DNA of 63,738 nucleotides, counting the filler, from Lama guanicoe (taxonomy: Eukaryota): assembly GCA_013239625.1 (NCBI GenBank). It is 77 parts of 76 records of this genome, joined end to end, with 100 filler letters (N's around TTAATTAATTAA, not from the genome) between each part and the next. Parts side by side here need not be neighbours in the genome. Positions count along the whole stretch, not along the records: positions 49,543 to 50,653 come from MU055180.1; positions 50,754 to 51,706 come from PNXV01012237.1; positions 51,807 to 52,549 come from PNXV01012244.1; positions 52,650 to 53,565 come from PNXV01012247.1; positions 53,666 to 54,138 come from MU055184.1; positions 54,239 to 54,769 come from MU055185.1; positions 54,870 to 55,802 come from PNXV01012256.1; positions 55,903 to 56,113 come from PNXV01012257.1; 69 more parts are not named here. The stretch is one strand, 5' to 3'. Positions 49,848-62,181 of the stretch are shown here, one piece after another. Position numbers and translations under genes: made by a program. The stretch's first letter is position 1. The number at the start of each line of letters is the position of its first letter. Below the pieces are notes generated by a model. That model did not search any database and was not told where the DNA came from. It saw nothing but the letters and a program-made list of their open reading frames with translations.

Positions 49848-50457
49848 NNNNNNNNNNNNNNNNNNNNNNNNNNNNNNNNNNNNNNNNNNNNNNNNNNNNN
49901 NNNNNNNNNNNNNNNNNNNNNNNNNNNNNNNNNNNNNNNNNNNNNNNNNNNNNNNNNNNNNNNNNNNNNNNNNNNNNNNNNNNNNNNNNNNNNNNNNNNN
50001 NNNNNNNNNNNNNNNNNNNNNNNNNNNNNNNNNNNNNNNNNNNNNNNNNNNNNNNNNNNNNNNNNNNNNNNNNNNNNNNNNNNNNNNNNNNNNNNNNNNN
50101 NNNNNNNNNNNNNNNNNNNNNNNNNNNNNNNNNNNNNNNNNNNNNNNNNNNNNNNNNNNNNNNNNNNNNNNNNNNNNNNNNNNNNNNNNNNNNNNNNNNN
50201 NNNNNNNNNNNATTATATTGCATAATGAATTATTACAATAATTTTAACATACAAGTATTTTAAGCTATTGTGTACAATTCCATGCTCTATACAGATTATC
50301 CTTGTTGCTTCTCTATTTTATGGATACTATTTTGTATCTGTCAATACACTTCCATTAAAATCTCTTTCCCTTCCACTTTGGTAAACATAAATTTTTCCCA
50401 TATCTTTGAGTCTGCTTAAGTCTTGTCTATCTTATCTCTTTACCTCTACAACATGTC

Positions 50458-50489
<32 letters not shown>

Positions 50490-50535
50490 ACCATCTATCT
50501 ATCTATCTCTCCATCTCTCTATCTATCTATCAATC
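50458..50535 (+). repeat. (TCTA)n tetranucleotide microsatellite within an antisense L1 3' fragment
   Basis: Tandem TCTA units. Confidence 0.95.
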
Positions 50536-50753
50536 ATGCATTATCCTTCTATTTATCTGCCATCTATCATTAGATAGCTATAGATAGATGTACGCAGATA
50601 TTTCTTACTTTTTAAATTCCACATATAAATTATATTATATACTTTTGTCTTTGNNNNNNNNNNNNNNNNNNNNNNNNNNNNNNNNNNNNNNNNNNNNTTA
50701 ATTAATTAANNNNNNNNNNNNNNNNNNNNNNNNNNNNNNNNNNNNNNNNNNNN

Positions 50754-51706
50754 TGCATGTTTGAGGAATCGGTATTTCATGAAACATGTTCGGAATATGG
50801 AAAGCCATGGTTATTTAAACAATGTAAATTTCGTGTGTATTGGTGAGAATTCGCTCAAAGAAGCTTTTCTAGTGCCAAATGTCCGATTTTAGTACCTGGT
50901 GACAGAAAAAACCTATGAAGTCAGAGTAAATATTTCAAAATGTATATATGCCTTGTTTGGTGGATGAAAGGTCAGTAATCCACATGCTGAGATCTCAGAA
51001 ACACATGTTTGCCGAATCCATCATGCATGTAGCATGTACGGAACCCGGAATGCCATGTTGATGGAATTCATGTAAATTACATATCTGTTTGGTGGTAATC
51101 GCTCCAGAAGTATTATTCTGAGAAAAATGCATGAGTACGAATCTCGTGTTATGAAAAGATTGTGAAAATGGGTACACGTGTCTTGATGAAAATATTGTTT
51201 TTTTGGAGGATGAAAGATCACTAATCCACATGCTCTCAACTCAGGAGTTCATGTTTGTCGAATCCGTCATGCATGTAGCATGTACGGAACACTGAATATC
51301 ATTTAGATGGAATCTATTTAAATTACATATCTCTAGGGTAGATTTCGCTCCAAGTGGGTTTTTCTGGGATCAAAGTGTGATTCTTGAAACTGGTGAAAGG
51401 AAGAAGGAACGAAGTCTAAGTAAATATTTCAAAGTGCATACGTAAAATTTTGGTAGTTGAAACATCTGTCATGCCCATGTTAACAGCTCAGAAATTCATG
51501 TTTGAGGAATCCTTGATGCATGAAACATGTTCGGAATACGGAATGCCATGGTTATGTAAACAATGTAAATTACATGTGTATTGGTGAGAATTCGCTCAAA
51601 GAGTGTATTCTAGTGCCAAATGTCCGATTTTAGAAACTAGTGATACCAAAAAACTACGAAGTCAGAGTAAATATTTCAAAGTGTATATATGCCTAGTTTG
51701 GTGGAT
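50754..51706 (+). repeat. Satellite D, 741-bp three-monomer higher-order repeat
   Basis: CATGTTTG at 50756, 51004, 51250, 51497; monomer 4 is much closer to monomer 1 than to monomers 2 or 3. Confidence 0.92.
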
Positions 51707-51806
51707 NNNNNNNNNNNNNNNNNNNNNNNNNNNNNNNNNNNNNNNNNNNNTTAATTAATTAANNNNNNNNNNNNNNNNNNNNNNNNNNNNNNNNNNNNNN
51801 NNNNNN

Positions 51807-52549
51807 TTTTTCATGTGTGGTGATACTATTTTTAGTTTCTTGAGGAATTGATAAGCTGTTTTCCATAGCAACTGCACCATTGTATATTCCTACCAACAGT
51901 ACGTAAAGTTTCCAATTTTTTCACATATTTGCCAACATTTGTTTAAAAAAATTTTTTTAGATCCTAATAGTTGTGAGGTGGTATGTCACATGATGGTTTT
52001 AATTTGCATCCCCTAATAACTAAAGATGCTGAGCTTCTATTTATATGCTTTTTGGCTATTTAAGTATCTTTTTTGAAGAAATATCTTTTAAAATCCTTCA
52101 CCCATTTGTTTTAGTTGAAGGTTAGTTGATTTACAATGTTGTGTTCTGGTGTACAGCATAGTGATTCAATTATAATTATACATACATATAAATATATATT
52201 CTTTTTCATTATAGGTTGTTTCAAAATATTGAATGCAGTTTCCTGTGCTCTACAGTAGAAACTTGTTGTTTATTTTATATATAGTTGTCTTTATCTGTGA
52301 ATCCAAAACTCCTAAATTATCCCTCTTCCCCTTCCCCTTTGGTAACTCTACGTTGGTTTTCCATGTCTATGAGTCTCTTTCTTCCTTGTTTTAATTTTAA
52401 AGATCCCACATGTAAGTGAAATCATATATTTATCTTTCTCTGCTTGACTTACTACACTTAGTATGATTACCTCTGGATCCATCCGTGTTGCTGCAAATGT
52501 CAACATTTCATTCTCGTTCTATGGCTGAGTAGTATCCATTGTATATACG
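51807..52549 (-). mobile_element. Nested LINE-1 3' fragments
   Basis: Old ORF2 C-terminal antisense sequence interrupted near 52110 by a younger L1 3' end (GATTTACAATGTTGTG…GGTGTACAGCATAGTGATTC). Confidence 0.85.
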
Positions 52550-52649
52550 NNNNNNNNNNNNNNNNNNNNNNNNNNNNNNNNNNNNNNNNNNNNTTAATTA
52601 ATTAANNNNNNNNNNNNNNNNNNNNNNNNNNNNNNNNNNNNNNNNNNNN

Positions 52650-53565
52650 GAACACAGTATTAGAATACAGAATACAGAATACTGAAAAAAGAATTTAGTG
52701 TATAGAATGTTGAACACAGAAAATAGAATATAGAATACGGAATGCAGAATATAGAATATAGAATATAGAATGAAGAACACAATATATAGAATATAGGAGA
52801 GAGAATACACAACACAGAATTTAGAACACGGAAAGCAGAACACAGAATTTAGAATAAAGAATACAGAAAAATGAATAGAGAATATAGAATATAGAATGAA
52901 GAACACAGAATATACAATATAGAATACGGAATCTAGAATATAGAATACAGAATATAAAATGTAGAAAACAGAATTTAGGATATGGAAAAAAGAATACAGA
53001 ACTCAGAATGTAGAACATGAAATGCAGAACACAGAATTTAGAATATAGAATACAGAATACTGAAAATAGAATATAGGTTACAGAATGCAGAATATAGAAT
53101 GTAGAACACAGAATAAAGAATATAGTATACAGAATACTGAACGGAATGCAGAAAATAGAATTTAAAATATAGAATGAAACACAGAATATAGAATATAGAA
53201 TAGAGAATATAGAAGCCAGAATTTAGAACATGGAATGCAGAACAGAGAATTTAGAATATAGAATTTAGAAGACAGAATATAGAATACAGAATACGGAATG
53301 CAGAATATAGAATGTAGAATATAGAATGAATAGCACAAAATTTAGTATATAGCATAGAGAATATAGAACACAGAATTTTTAACATGGAATGTAGAACACA
53401 TAATTAAGACTATAGAATAAGTATTCTGAATATAGATTTTAGAATATAGAATGTAGAACACAGTTGTAGAATAAAGAACAGACTATATTGGACCCAGAAT
53501 TTAGAACACGGAATGCGGAACACATGATTCAGATTATTGAACGTAGAACACAGAGTTTAGAATAC
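52650..53565 (+). repeat. Satellite B
   Basis: AGAAT-heptamer array. Confidence 0.95.
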
Positions 53566-53665
53566 NNNNNNNNNNNNNNNNNNNNNNNNNNNNNNNNNNN
53601 NNNNNNNNNTTAATTAATTAANNNNNNNNNNNNNNNNNNNNNNNNNNNNNNNNNNNNNNNNNNNN

Positions 53666-54138
53666 GGTTCTAAAATCGGACATTTGGCACCAGAAAAATC
53701 TCTTTGAGCGTATTTTCAAAATTACATATGTAATTTAAATTATTTACATAACCAAGGCATTCCGTATTCCGAACATGTTTCATGCAACACGGATTCCTCA
53801 AACATTCATTTCTGAGTGGTGAACATGCGCATGACAGATANNNNNNNNNNNNNNNNNNNNNNNNNNNNNNNNNNNNNNNNNNNNNNNNNNNNNNNNNNNN
53901 NNNNNNNNNNNNNNNNNNNNNNNNNNNNNNNNNNNNNNNNNNNNNNNNNNNNNNNNNNNNNNNNNNNNNNNNNNNNNNNNNNNNNNNNNNNNNNNNNNNN
54001 NNNNNNNNNNNNNNNNNNNNNNNNNNNNNNNNNNNNNNNNNGACGGATACGCATGCAGTCCTGAGATGAGTGCATGTGGATTACTGATCTTTCATCCTCT
54101 ATAAATGGAAAATTTTCTTCTAGACACGTGTACATATT
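53666..54138 (-). repeat. Satellite D
   Basis: Reverse complement of the 51160-51640 region, same monomer order. Confidence 0.92.
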
Positions 54139-54238
54139 NNNNNNNNNNNNNNNNNNNNNNNNNNNNNNNNNNNNNNNNNNNNTTAATTAATTAANNNNNN
54201 NNNNNNNNNNNNNNNNNNNNNNNNNNNNNNNNNNNNNN

Positions 54239-54410
54239 AGATACCTGAGACTCAGCGTGTGCCATCATCCGTATCCCTATCCCTCAATGAACGCTGCATC
54301 TGCTACCTGAAATTTGGCAGCTCGGATCTTGGTCTCAGAATCAACTGTGGGGATATTTTGCACTGGATTCTTTGAGTTCTGTCAGCCAAGCATCTGCTGT
54401 GCACTCTTCT
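54239..54410 (-). repeat. Repeat family C
   Basis: 54316-54410 is the near-exact reverse complement of 44986-45081. Confidence 0.85.
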
Positions 54411-55181
54411 NNNNNNNNNNNNNNNNNNNNNNNNNNNNNNNNNNNNNNNNNNNNNNNNNNNNNNNNNNNNNNNNNNNNNNNNNNNNNNNNNNNNNNNNNN
54501 NNNNNNNNNNNNNNNNNNNNNNNNNNNNNNNNNNNNNNNNNNNNNNNNNNNNNNNNNNNNNNNNNNNNNNNNNNNNNNNNNNNNNNNNNNNNNNNNNNNN
54601 NNNNNNNNNNNNNNNNNNNNNNNNNNNNNNNNNNNNNNNNNNNNNNNNNNNNNNNNNNNNNNNNNNNNNNNNNNNNNNNNNNNNNNNNNNNNNNNNNNNN
54701 NNNNNNAATGAATCAACACATTCCAGGTACATTTCACAGAAATGTGATTTTTTTTTATCTCTTTGTTTCNNNNNNNNNNNNNNNNNNNNNNNNNNNNNNN
54801 NNNNNNNNNNNNNTTAATTAATTAANNNNNNNNNNNNNNNNNNNNNNNNNNNNNNNNNNNNNNNNNNNNCCCCACTTTGCTTAATTGTCAGACCATAGTA
54901 CCCAGGGGAGATGCAAAGGGGGTCTTGATACTTCGCAGTCTTGTCATCCAATGCCCATCACATATTCAAGACTAACAGGAAAACTCCTCACAGCTATTCA
55001 GATGTCTGGTGGTTTGCTCACTGGCAACGGTCCTTGCCACCAAGTGAAGAGCCGAGCTCTAGGGCGTGCTGACAAAACGCTGTTTACAGATCCTCAGCTA
55101 GAGTGAGGAAAGATTCCCAACCATTCCTTCCACTCATATGCCAGATGGTCTATTTATTATCCTTCATCTGAGTGCCCTCAC

Positions 55182-55341
55182 CCACTCTTGCTGACAAGCT
55201 TTACACTGTCACTTCTAAGTCTTCGTTCATCCTCAGGAAGAGCAGTATATTGATACTTCTGCAGTTTACGATGTGTGACATGGTACTCATTGGTTATGAG
55301 AAATGGGCTGTTGCCTGGTAACCAGGGTGTCTGTCTGCTTC
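55182..55341 (-). CDS. Candidate 160-nt internal coding exon, gene unidentified
   Basis: Branch-like CTTAAT, acceptor CTTTTCTTTCCCAG|, donor |GTGAGG; one open frame GSRQTPWLPGNSPFLITNEYHVTHRKLQKYQYTALPEDERRLRSDSVKLVSKSG, the other two frames closed. Confidence 0.5.
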
Positions 55342-55902
55342 CTGGGAAAGAAAAGCTTATTAAGCAAGACACTCTTTTTCTTTTTTAAAGAGTTACATCA
55401 AAGTGGCTACTTTTTTCTTAGATGTTTCAGGTAGTGGGGCTCCTTGGAACTAGACCCATATCTTCGGACAAGACCAAAGCAGTGAAATAGAAAATAGAAT
55501 ATAAGAATATAATGAACTTTCCAGTGAACAGAGCTTTAGTTCATTGATGCTATGATGCTGGGAGAGAGGGAAAGAAGACATCTCCTGTACTCAAGTCCCT
55601 AAGTCTGAATTCATCACTCTAATTGATGCAGTCAGGGCCCTTTAAAACCCATGATTTCAGCTACACAGTCAATGTAGAGCTCAATTAGCACATTTTTAAA
55701 GTCCCAATTTTGCACCAGTTTAATCCTTAAACCAGTACAGTGCTCTTAGACAGTTTCAATAATTGTTCCCTATAATGAAGAACCTGTCTAATAAGACGTT
55801 CCNNNNNNNNNNNNNNNNNNNNNNNNNNNNNNNNNNNNNNNNNNNNTTAATTAATTAANNNNNNNNNNNNNNNNNNNNNNNNNNNNNNNNNNNNNNNNNN
55901 NN

Positions 55903-56113
55903 AATACAGAATACTGAATATAGAATTTAGAACATGGAATGCAGAACACTGTATTTAGAATATAGAATACGAAATGCAGAATATACAATGTAGAATATAG
56001 AATGAAGAACACAAAATATAGCTATGGAACGCAGAACCCAGAATTTAGAATAAACAATATAGATTAGTGAATATAAAATTTAGCATATAGAATGTAGAAC
56101 AGAGTATATAGAA
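55903..56113 (+). repeat. Satellite B
   Basis: AGAAT-heptamer array. Confidence 0.93.
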
Positions 56114-57149
56114 NNNNNNNNNNNNNNNNNNNNNNNNNNNNNNNNNNNNNNNNNNNNTTAATTAATTAANNNNNNNNNNNNNNNNNNNNNNNNNNNNNNN
56201 NNNNNNNNNNNNNATTGGTAGTACTGCCTCTGTTTCTTCATACTGCTCATATCTCTCTGGCAGTATGGCTTAAGGAGTATCTCTTATGTATTGTGGTCCT
56301 TAAAGTAGTTTATTTGTTTATCTATCTAAAGCCTATCTGGAAATAAAACTTAAAAACGAGACAGAGAGAGAGAATTTTAAAAGAATGGAGGAAAAGGAGG
56401 TTTGAAAACAGTGTACAATCAATAATAGAAGAGCAAGTTGAAGCAGATTAGGAATCGAGTTGAGATGTCTTTTAAAAACCTTAATAAAAAGAAGAAAAAA
56501 ACAAAACACAATATTTGAAACCTGTGAATAATCAATAAAAGATCAAAACCAAGAGAATTAAAAATGAAATGAGAACTGTAAACATATAGAACTGTTTAAA
56601 AAGTAAAGATTGAAAAGGTAATAGAAAACAAAACAGATTTAAGAGATTTAAAAAACAAAGATGTGTTCTCCTAGAAACTGTGCGCTCTTAATGGTTTTAT
56701 TGAGAGGTCTCTGTCTTCGCCCTGTTTCACGAACTCAGCTTGCTCTGTTGGCCCCCTCGTCTGTTCTGCTCACAGTGTCCACCAGCAAGAATATCATGCC
56801 CCTCCAACACTGGGTCAGGTGTTGCTCTCCTTTGTGGTGGGCGGGTGGGTCCCTCCCCCTCCAGATGCCGCAGTCAGTGCTGTACCAATTGCTCCATAGG
56901 TGGGCTCAGCTTCAAGAATAACAGCTTTATGGAGATATACTTCACATACCATAAAATGCAGCCTTTTAAATTGTGCATTAGTGTTTTAAGTACATTTCAA
57001 GGTTCTGTAGCCATCACCCCCAAAAGGAACCAGTACCCTTTAGTAAGTCNNNNNNNNNNNNNNNNNNNNNNNNNNNNNNNNNNNNNNNNNNNNTTAATTA
57101 ATTAANNNNNNNNNNNNNNNNNNNNNNNNNNNNNNNNNNNNNNNNNNNN

Positions 57150-58146
57150 TGTCCTCAAAAACCACCATGCCTGTCACTCTTAGGCTTGCCTCCTAATAGT
57201 TTTCCCTTTGATGACAGTAATATACCCTCTGTCCTGGATTTCCTCCCACCCCTCTGTCGACCTCCTCAGTCTTCATGGCCCAGGCTGAAGCCCTTGTTTC
57301 CATTATAAGCCTTTGTTTTCCCTTCATATCCACACAGGTAACTACTTTGTCAACATTTCCAAGAAGCATCTTGGATCAAATGAAAATCTAAAAATAAACT
57401 CAATTTTCTTCCCCTAAATATTCAGTGATCCTGATTACTGGAAACTGGAAACTAGTCACCCAGCCACAAAGCTGAGAGTCATCTAAACATCCCTCCCTAC
57501 TTTGCCTCAATCACTAAGTCTCCAGTTCACTTACTTCCCTCCATTTCCATGGCCATAACCCTTGTCCAAACTACCTCCTCTCTCAATTTGCCTCTTTGAT
57601 ACTGGGCTTAGTCTCCTCATAGCCATCCGTGGCTCTCTCTAATATAAGTCCTACAGGGCACACAGTTTTATTTCTTAAAGATGTGGACCAGAGCATGTAC
57701 TCTATGTCACTCTACTTATGACTCTGTAACAGCTAACCGCCATTCTTAGAATCACACCCTAGACCTTGGGTGCCTACGACGCCCGCATGGCTCACCTTCC
57801 TCTGCCTCCCATCTCAGGTCTTGCTCCCACGTGCTGAACACATTGGTCTTGGTGGCTTTCATTCAGTTCCACAAACATTTCACATTCCTCTTTCATAAAT
57901 GCTGTGTCCTGTGTCTAGAACATTCCCCACGCTTCTCAGCTTCCACAGTACCCACTACCTCATTTCAGCTCCAATCTCTCTACCTTGGGGAGGCCTTCCT
58001 TACCCTCCACATCCATGCAGAATCCCCCTGGTAATATAACCCCACTGTACAAATTCCCTTCCCCTCACAGCACTTGTCACAACCGTGCATGAATACTTAA
58101 GGCTTGACTCCCACATTCGAAGGAAAGCTCCATAAGCACAAGGATA
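57150..58146 (+). mobile_element. L2 LINE 3' region (ancient)
   Basis: Pyrimidine-rich L2-like motifs: CACCCAGCCACAAAGCTGAGAGTCATC, GCTGTGTCCTGTGTCTAGAACATTC, GGGAGGCCTTCCTTACC, GAAAGCTCCATAAGCACAAGGA. Confidence 0.7.
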
Positions 58147-58842
58147 NNNNNNNNNNNNNNNNNNNNNNNNNNNNNNNNNNNNNNNNNNNNTTAATTAATT
58201 AANNNNNNNNNNNNNNNNNNNNNNNNNNNNNNNNNNNNNNNNNNNNTGGTTTGGAACAGCAAAAGACAATATATTTTATAGCACAGCTTTTAAGATTACT
58301 GAATTGGCAGTAAGTTTCCATAATGAAACGTCCAACAATTCTTTATATTTCTCCTGGAATTTCCTTGGTTCTTGATGTAAATTTTTAATAATTAATATCA
58401 GCTTTCTATACTATTCTTTCTCTTCCTGTAGATGTAGAATTAAGGTGAAAATAGCTCTTTGTTTCACTGATAAAACCTCCTGGTCAGCCTTCTAGCTAAA
58501 CAGCTTGTGTACATTTCGGTGGCAGGTGTGCTAAATAGTAGTTTTCAGGCACTTGAGGGATGCGCAGCACACCAGCACTGCGGGAGCCTGTTTCTCACCC
58601 ACGACCAGGTGAGACCCTCCTTTCTTCCGCTACCTCACCCAGGCCCCCATATTCTGATTCTTCCTCATGACCCATTTTCATAAATTTCAGCCGTGCACCA
58701 GCAGAGGAAGTCTTGGTTTCTCAAAGACCAGGAAATTAGTTCNNNNNNNNNNNNNNNNNNNNNNNNNNNNNNNNNNNNNNNNNNNNTTAATTAATTAANN
58801 NNNNNNNNNNNNNNNNNNNNNNNNNNNNNNNNNNNNNNNNNN

Positions 58843-59679
58843 TTCCTGATTTAATGGCAATGCCAGAGCTTCTCCATTTAAAATAATGTTTTAATCTCAT
58901 AAAAACTATTCATTAAAAACCAACATGCTTTTCTTTTGTTCCTCATTGCTTAGAGTTTTTGCTGTCATTTTAATGAAGAGTAACTAATAGACATCATGGA
59001 ATTAGTTTTCAGCATTTACTATTTAATTATATTTTTACACCTTGAATTAACTTGTGTATTGCATACACTGATAGATGTTGTAATATTGAATCATCCTTGT
59101 GTTACTGGAATAAGTAACACCAAGACATAGTATTTTTATGTACCATTGTGTTACGTTTTGTTAATAATTAATGAATAATTCCCTCTATGCTTATAATCAA
59201 GATTGTCCTACAGATTTTTTGTTTGCTTCAGGGTTTTACTTTTGCTATATTTTTGGTTTAAAATAGTACACTCTTAATAAAATGACTTGGTAAGACAGTC
59301 ACCTTTTTATAACACTGGAATATTCTACATATTGTTGGAATTGTACGTTCATTAAAGCTTAGAAAGAGTTTATAATGAAACCACGTGGCCTTTGGCCATT
59401 TTAATGGCAGACCTGAAATTAACATCACCGTCTCTTCTAAGGCAAATGTTCTATAAAAGTTACCTGCTTTTCTGAAGTTAATTTTGTTATTTTTGGTTTC
59501 TAGAAAATTGTTGACCTTTTCTAGTTTTCAAAGTCATTGCCTAGAATGGTATGTATCCTCTTCCGTAACTTTGGCTTTTTTGAATTTTTACATTCCAAAT
59601 TACATTATGTCTGACATTTTTCTTTTTCTCTTTTTTTTCTTTCTCCAAAGTAGGCTGGGGAGAGTTACCGATTGAATTG
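58843..59679 (-). mobile_element. Very old LINE-1 ORF2 fragment
   Basis: TTCCTGATTTAATGGCAATGC…ATATTGAATCATCCTTGTGTTACTGGAATAA…TGAAACCACGTGGCC, antisense L1 ORF2-like. Confidence 0.65.
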
Positions 59680-59779
59680 NNNNNNNNNNNNNNNNNNNNN
59701 NNNNNNNNNNNNNNNNNNNNNNNTTAATTAATTAANNNNNNNNNNNNNNNNNNNNNNNNNNNNNNNNNNNNNNNNNNNN

Positions 59780-60231
59780 TGAAAAATAAAGAACACTAGT
59801 AGAGGTAACTACATGAGTAAAAATATAACAGTATAGAGTATTACATGTAAATGTTTTCTTCTATTTGATGTAAAAGACAACTGCATGAAACAATACTTAT
59901 GAAACTGTGTAGATGCACTTATATATGCATGAAGGTGTAATTTGTATGACAGTGACAGCATGAGGAGGGGGAGGGAAAAGACCGATACCAAAGCAAAGTT
60001 TTTGTATACAATTGAAATTAAGTTGGCATTCATGTGAACTCAGATTGCTTTAAAACAAGATGTTAAATATAATCTCCAGGGCAATGGAGGAGGAGGAGGA
60101 GAAAAAGATAAAATAAACAACAAATTAAAATGGCACACTTCAAAATGCCTACTTTGTATAAAAAAAGTGTATTAAAAGGGGTAATGGGAAAAGTAAAAGA
60201 CATATAGAAAGCAGATAGCAGATGTAACTTC
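59780..60231 (+). mobile_element. Old LINE-1 inter-ORF region fragment
   Basis: AAAGCAAAGTTTTTGTATACAATTGAAATTAAGTTGGCAT…GATGTTAAATATAATCTCCAGGGCAA. Confidence 0.6.
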
Positions 60232-60929
60232 NNNNNNNNNNNNNNNNNNNNNNNNNNNNNNNNNNNNNNNNNNNNTTAATTAATTAANNNNNNNNNNNNN
60301 NNNNNNNNNNNNNNNNNNNNNNNNNNNNNNNCAAAATGTGAGTGAGAGAAAATTACTTTAGTGCTTAAACTATCATGACTACTTCTCACTGCGCTTAGAG
60401 TCAACACTCCTTTCCGTGCTCCTGATGCCCTTCTAAACCTCTCGTCTCATCACTCTCACCAGCGCTGGCTCCAGTATCTCCTCAAACCTGCTGAGCACAT
60501 TTGTGCCTCGGGGCCAATGGACAAGCTGCCTCTATTCCNNNNNNNNNNNNNNNNNNNNNNNNNNNNNNNNNNNNNNNNNNNNNNNNNNNNNNNNNNNNNN
60601 NNNNNNNNNNNNNNNNNNNNNNNNNNNNNNNNNNNNNNNNNNNNNNNNNNNNNNNNCACTGTGTTATCATTTCAATCTGACATTGTTTCCTTATTCGCCC
60701 GATTATTTTTGTTTTCTCGGTTGTCCTTGGCCTCCATCCCCCCAGCAGCCTTGCCAAAAAGCATAAGCTCCCGGGGAGCAGCCAGCACTGCTGCTCTGAG
60801 AAGACACATGCTGAGCGCAACATTACAGTCACGTGGTGTAGTGAAACGGTGTCGAACAGCAGATACAGCAAAGCAGTGAGAATTTCTCTCTTATTTTATA
60901 ATTTAAATGAAATATAACATTTACTCCTG

Positions 60930-61054
60930 TTTAATGAAGAATTTGGTAGGTCTTTGTTCCCAGTTCCTAGGCAGCAAGCACTAAAGCCTCGAAATTTCTC
61001 AAGAGAGGAGTGTCTTTGCTATTCATGGTGGAAACTTGGATGGCTTGTGTCCAT
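60930..61054. mobile_element. LTR fragment (MER21-like)
   Basis: GTCTTTGTTCCCAGTTCCTAGGCA…GGAGTGTCTTTGCTATTCATGGTGG; recognition only. Confidence 0.45.
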
Positions 61055-61154
61055 NNNNNNNNNNNNNNNNNNNNNNNNNNNNNNNNNNNNNNNNNNNNTT
61101 AATTAATTAANNNNNNNNNNNNNNNNNNNNNNNNNNNNNNNNNNNNNNNNNNNN

Positions 61155-61530
61155 ATAGGAGATTATCCAACTCTCTGTCTGTCTGTCTAGCTTTCTATCA
61201 TGTTTGAAACCCGTAGCGTTGGCCTGCAGCCTGGAAATTCGGTTAAGGGTTAATGTTGCAGTCTTGAGTCTGAATTCCAAGGGACGATAGTCTGGAGACT
61301 CAGATTGGGTTTCCACGCTTCAGTCATGAAAAGAATTCCCTCCACTTTGGGGAGCCTCACTCTTTCCTCTGAAGGCCTTCAACTGGATGAGGCCCATCAA
61401 CATTATGGAGGGTAATCAGCTTTATTCAAAGGAACTGAGTTAAATGCTAATCACACCTGACATACATGTTCACAGAAACATCTAAACTGGAGTTTGACCA
61501 AACAACTGGGCATCATAATCTAACCAAGAG
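61155..61530 (-). mobile_element. ERVL LTR (MLT2-like)
   Basis: GAAGGCCTTCAACTGGATGAGGCCCATCAACATTATGGAGGGTAATCAGCTTTATTCAAAG…GTTTGACCAAACAACTGGG. Confidence 0.85.
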
Positions 61531-61715
61531 ATATTTACCAGGAGTTGGAGACATTTGTTGTAAGGAGAGATAAAGCTTTGTTCCAGCAGGAAGTAATTTG
61601 CTCAGCACAGTTCTANNNNNNNNNNNNNNNNNNNNNNNNNNNNNNNNNNNNNNNNNNNNTTAATTAATTAANNNNNNNNNNNNNNNNNNNNNNNNNNNNN
61701 NNNNNNNNNNNNNNN

Positions 61716-62181
61716 TATGGAAAACAGAATACAGAACACAGTATTTAGAACATGGAATGCAGAAAACAATATTTAGAATATAGAATACAGAATATAGAAT
61801 TTAGAACATTGAATGCGGAACACATAATTTTGAATATAGAATACAGAATACTGAATATAGATTTAGAACATGGAATGAAGAACACATAATTTAGAATATA
61901 GAATACAGAATACTGAATAAAGAATTTATAATATAGAATGTAGAAAACAGAATATAGAATAGAGAATAGAGTATATAGAACCCAGAAATTAGAACATGGA
62001 ATGCAGAACACAGAATTTAGAATATAGAATACAAAATACTGAATATCGAATTTAGAATATAAACGCAGAACACAGAATATAGAAAAATACAAAATACTGA
62101 ATATAGGATTTATAATAAAGAATGTAGAAATTAGAATATAGAATAGAGAATAGAGTATATAGAACCCAGAATTTAGAACAT
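61716..62181 (+). repeat. Satellite B
   Basis: AGAAT-heptamer array. Confidence 0.95.

Noticed and set aside
4321..60879. Long ORFs containing X runs
   Set aside because: Open only because N gaps contain no stop codons.
827..62092. Many hydrophobic F/Y/I/L/S/C-rich ORFs as membrane proteins
   Set aside because: They are translations of the ATTCT strand of satellite B.
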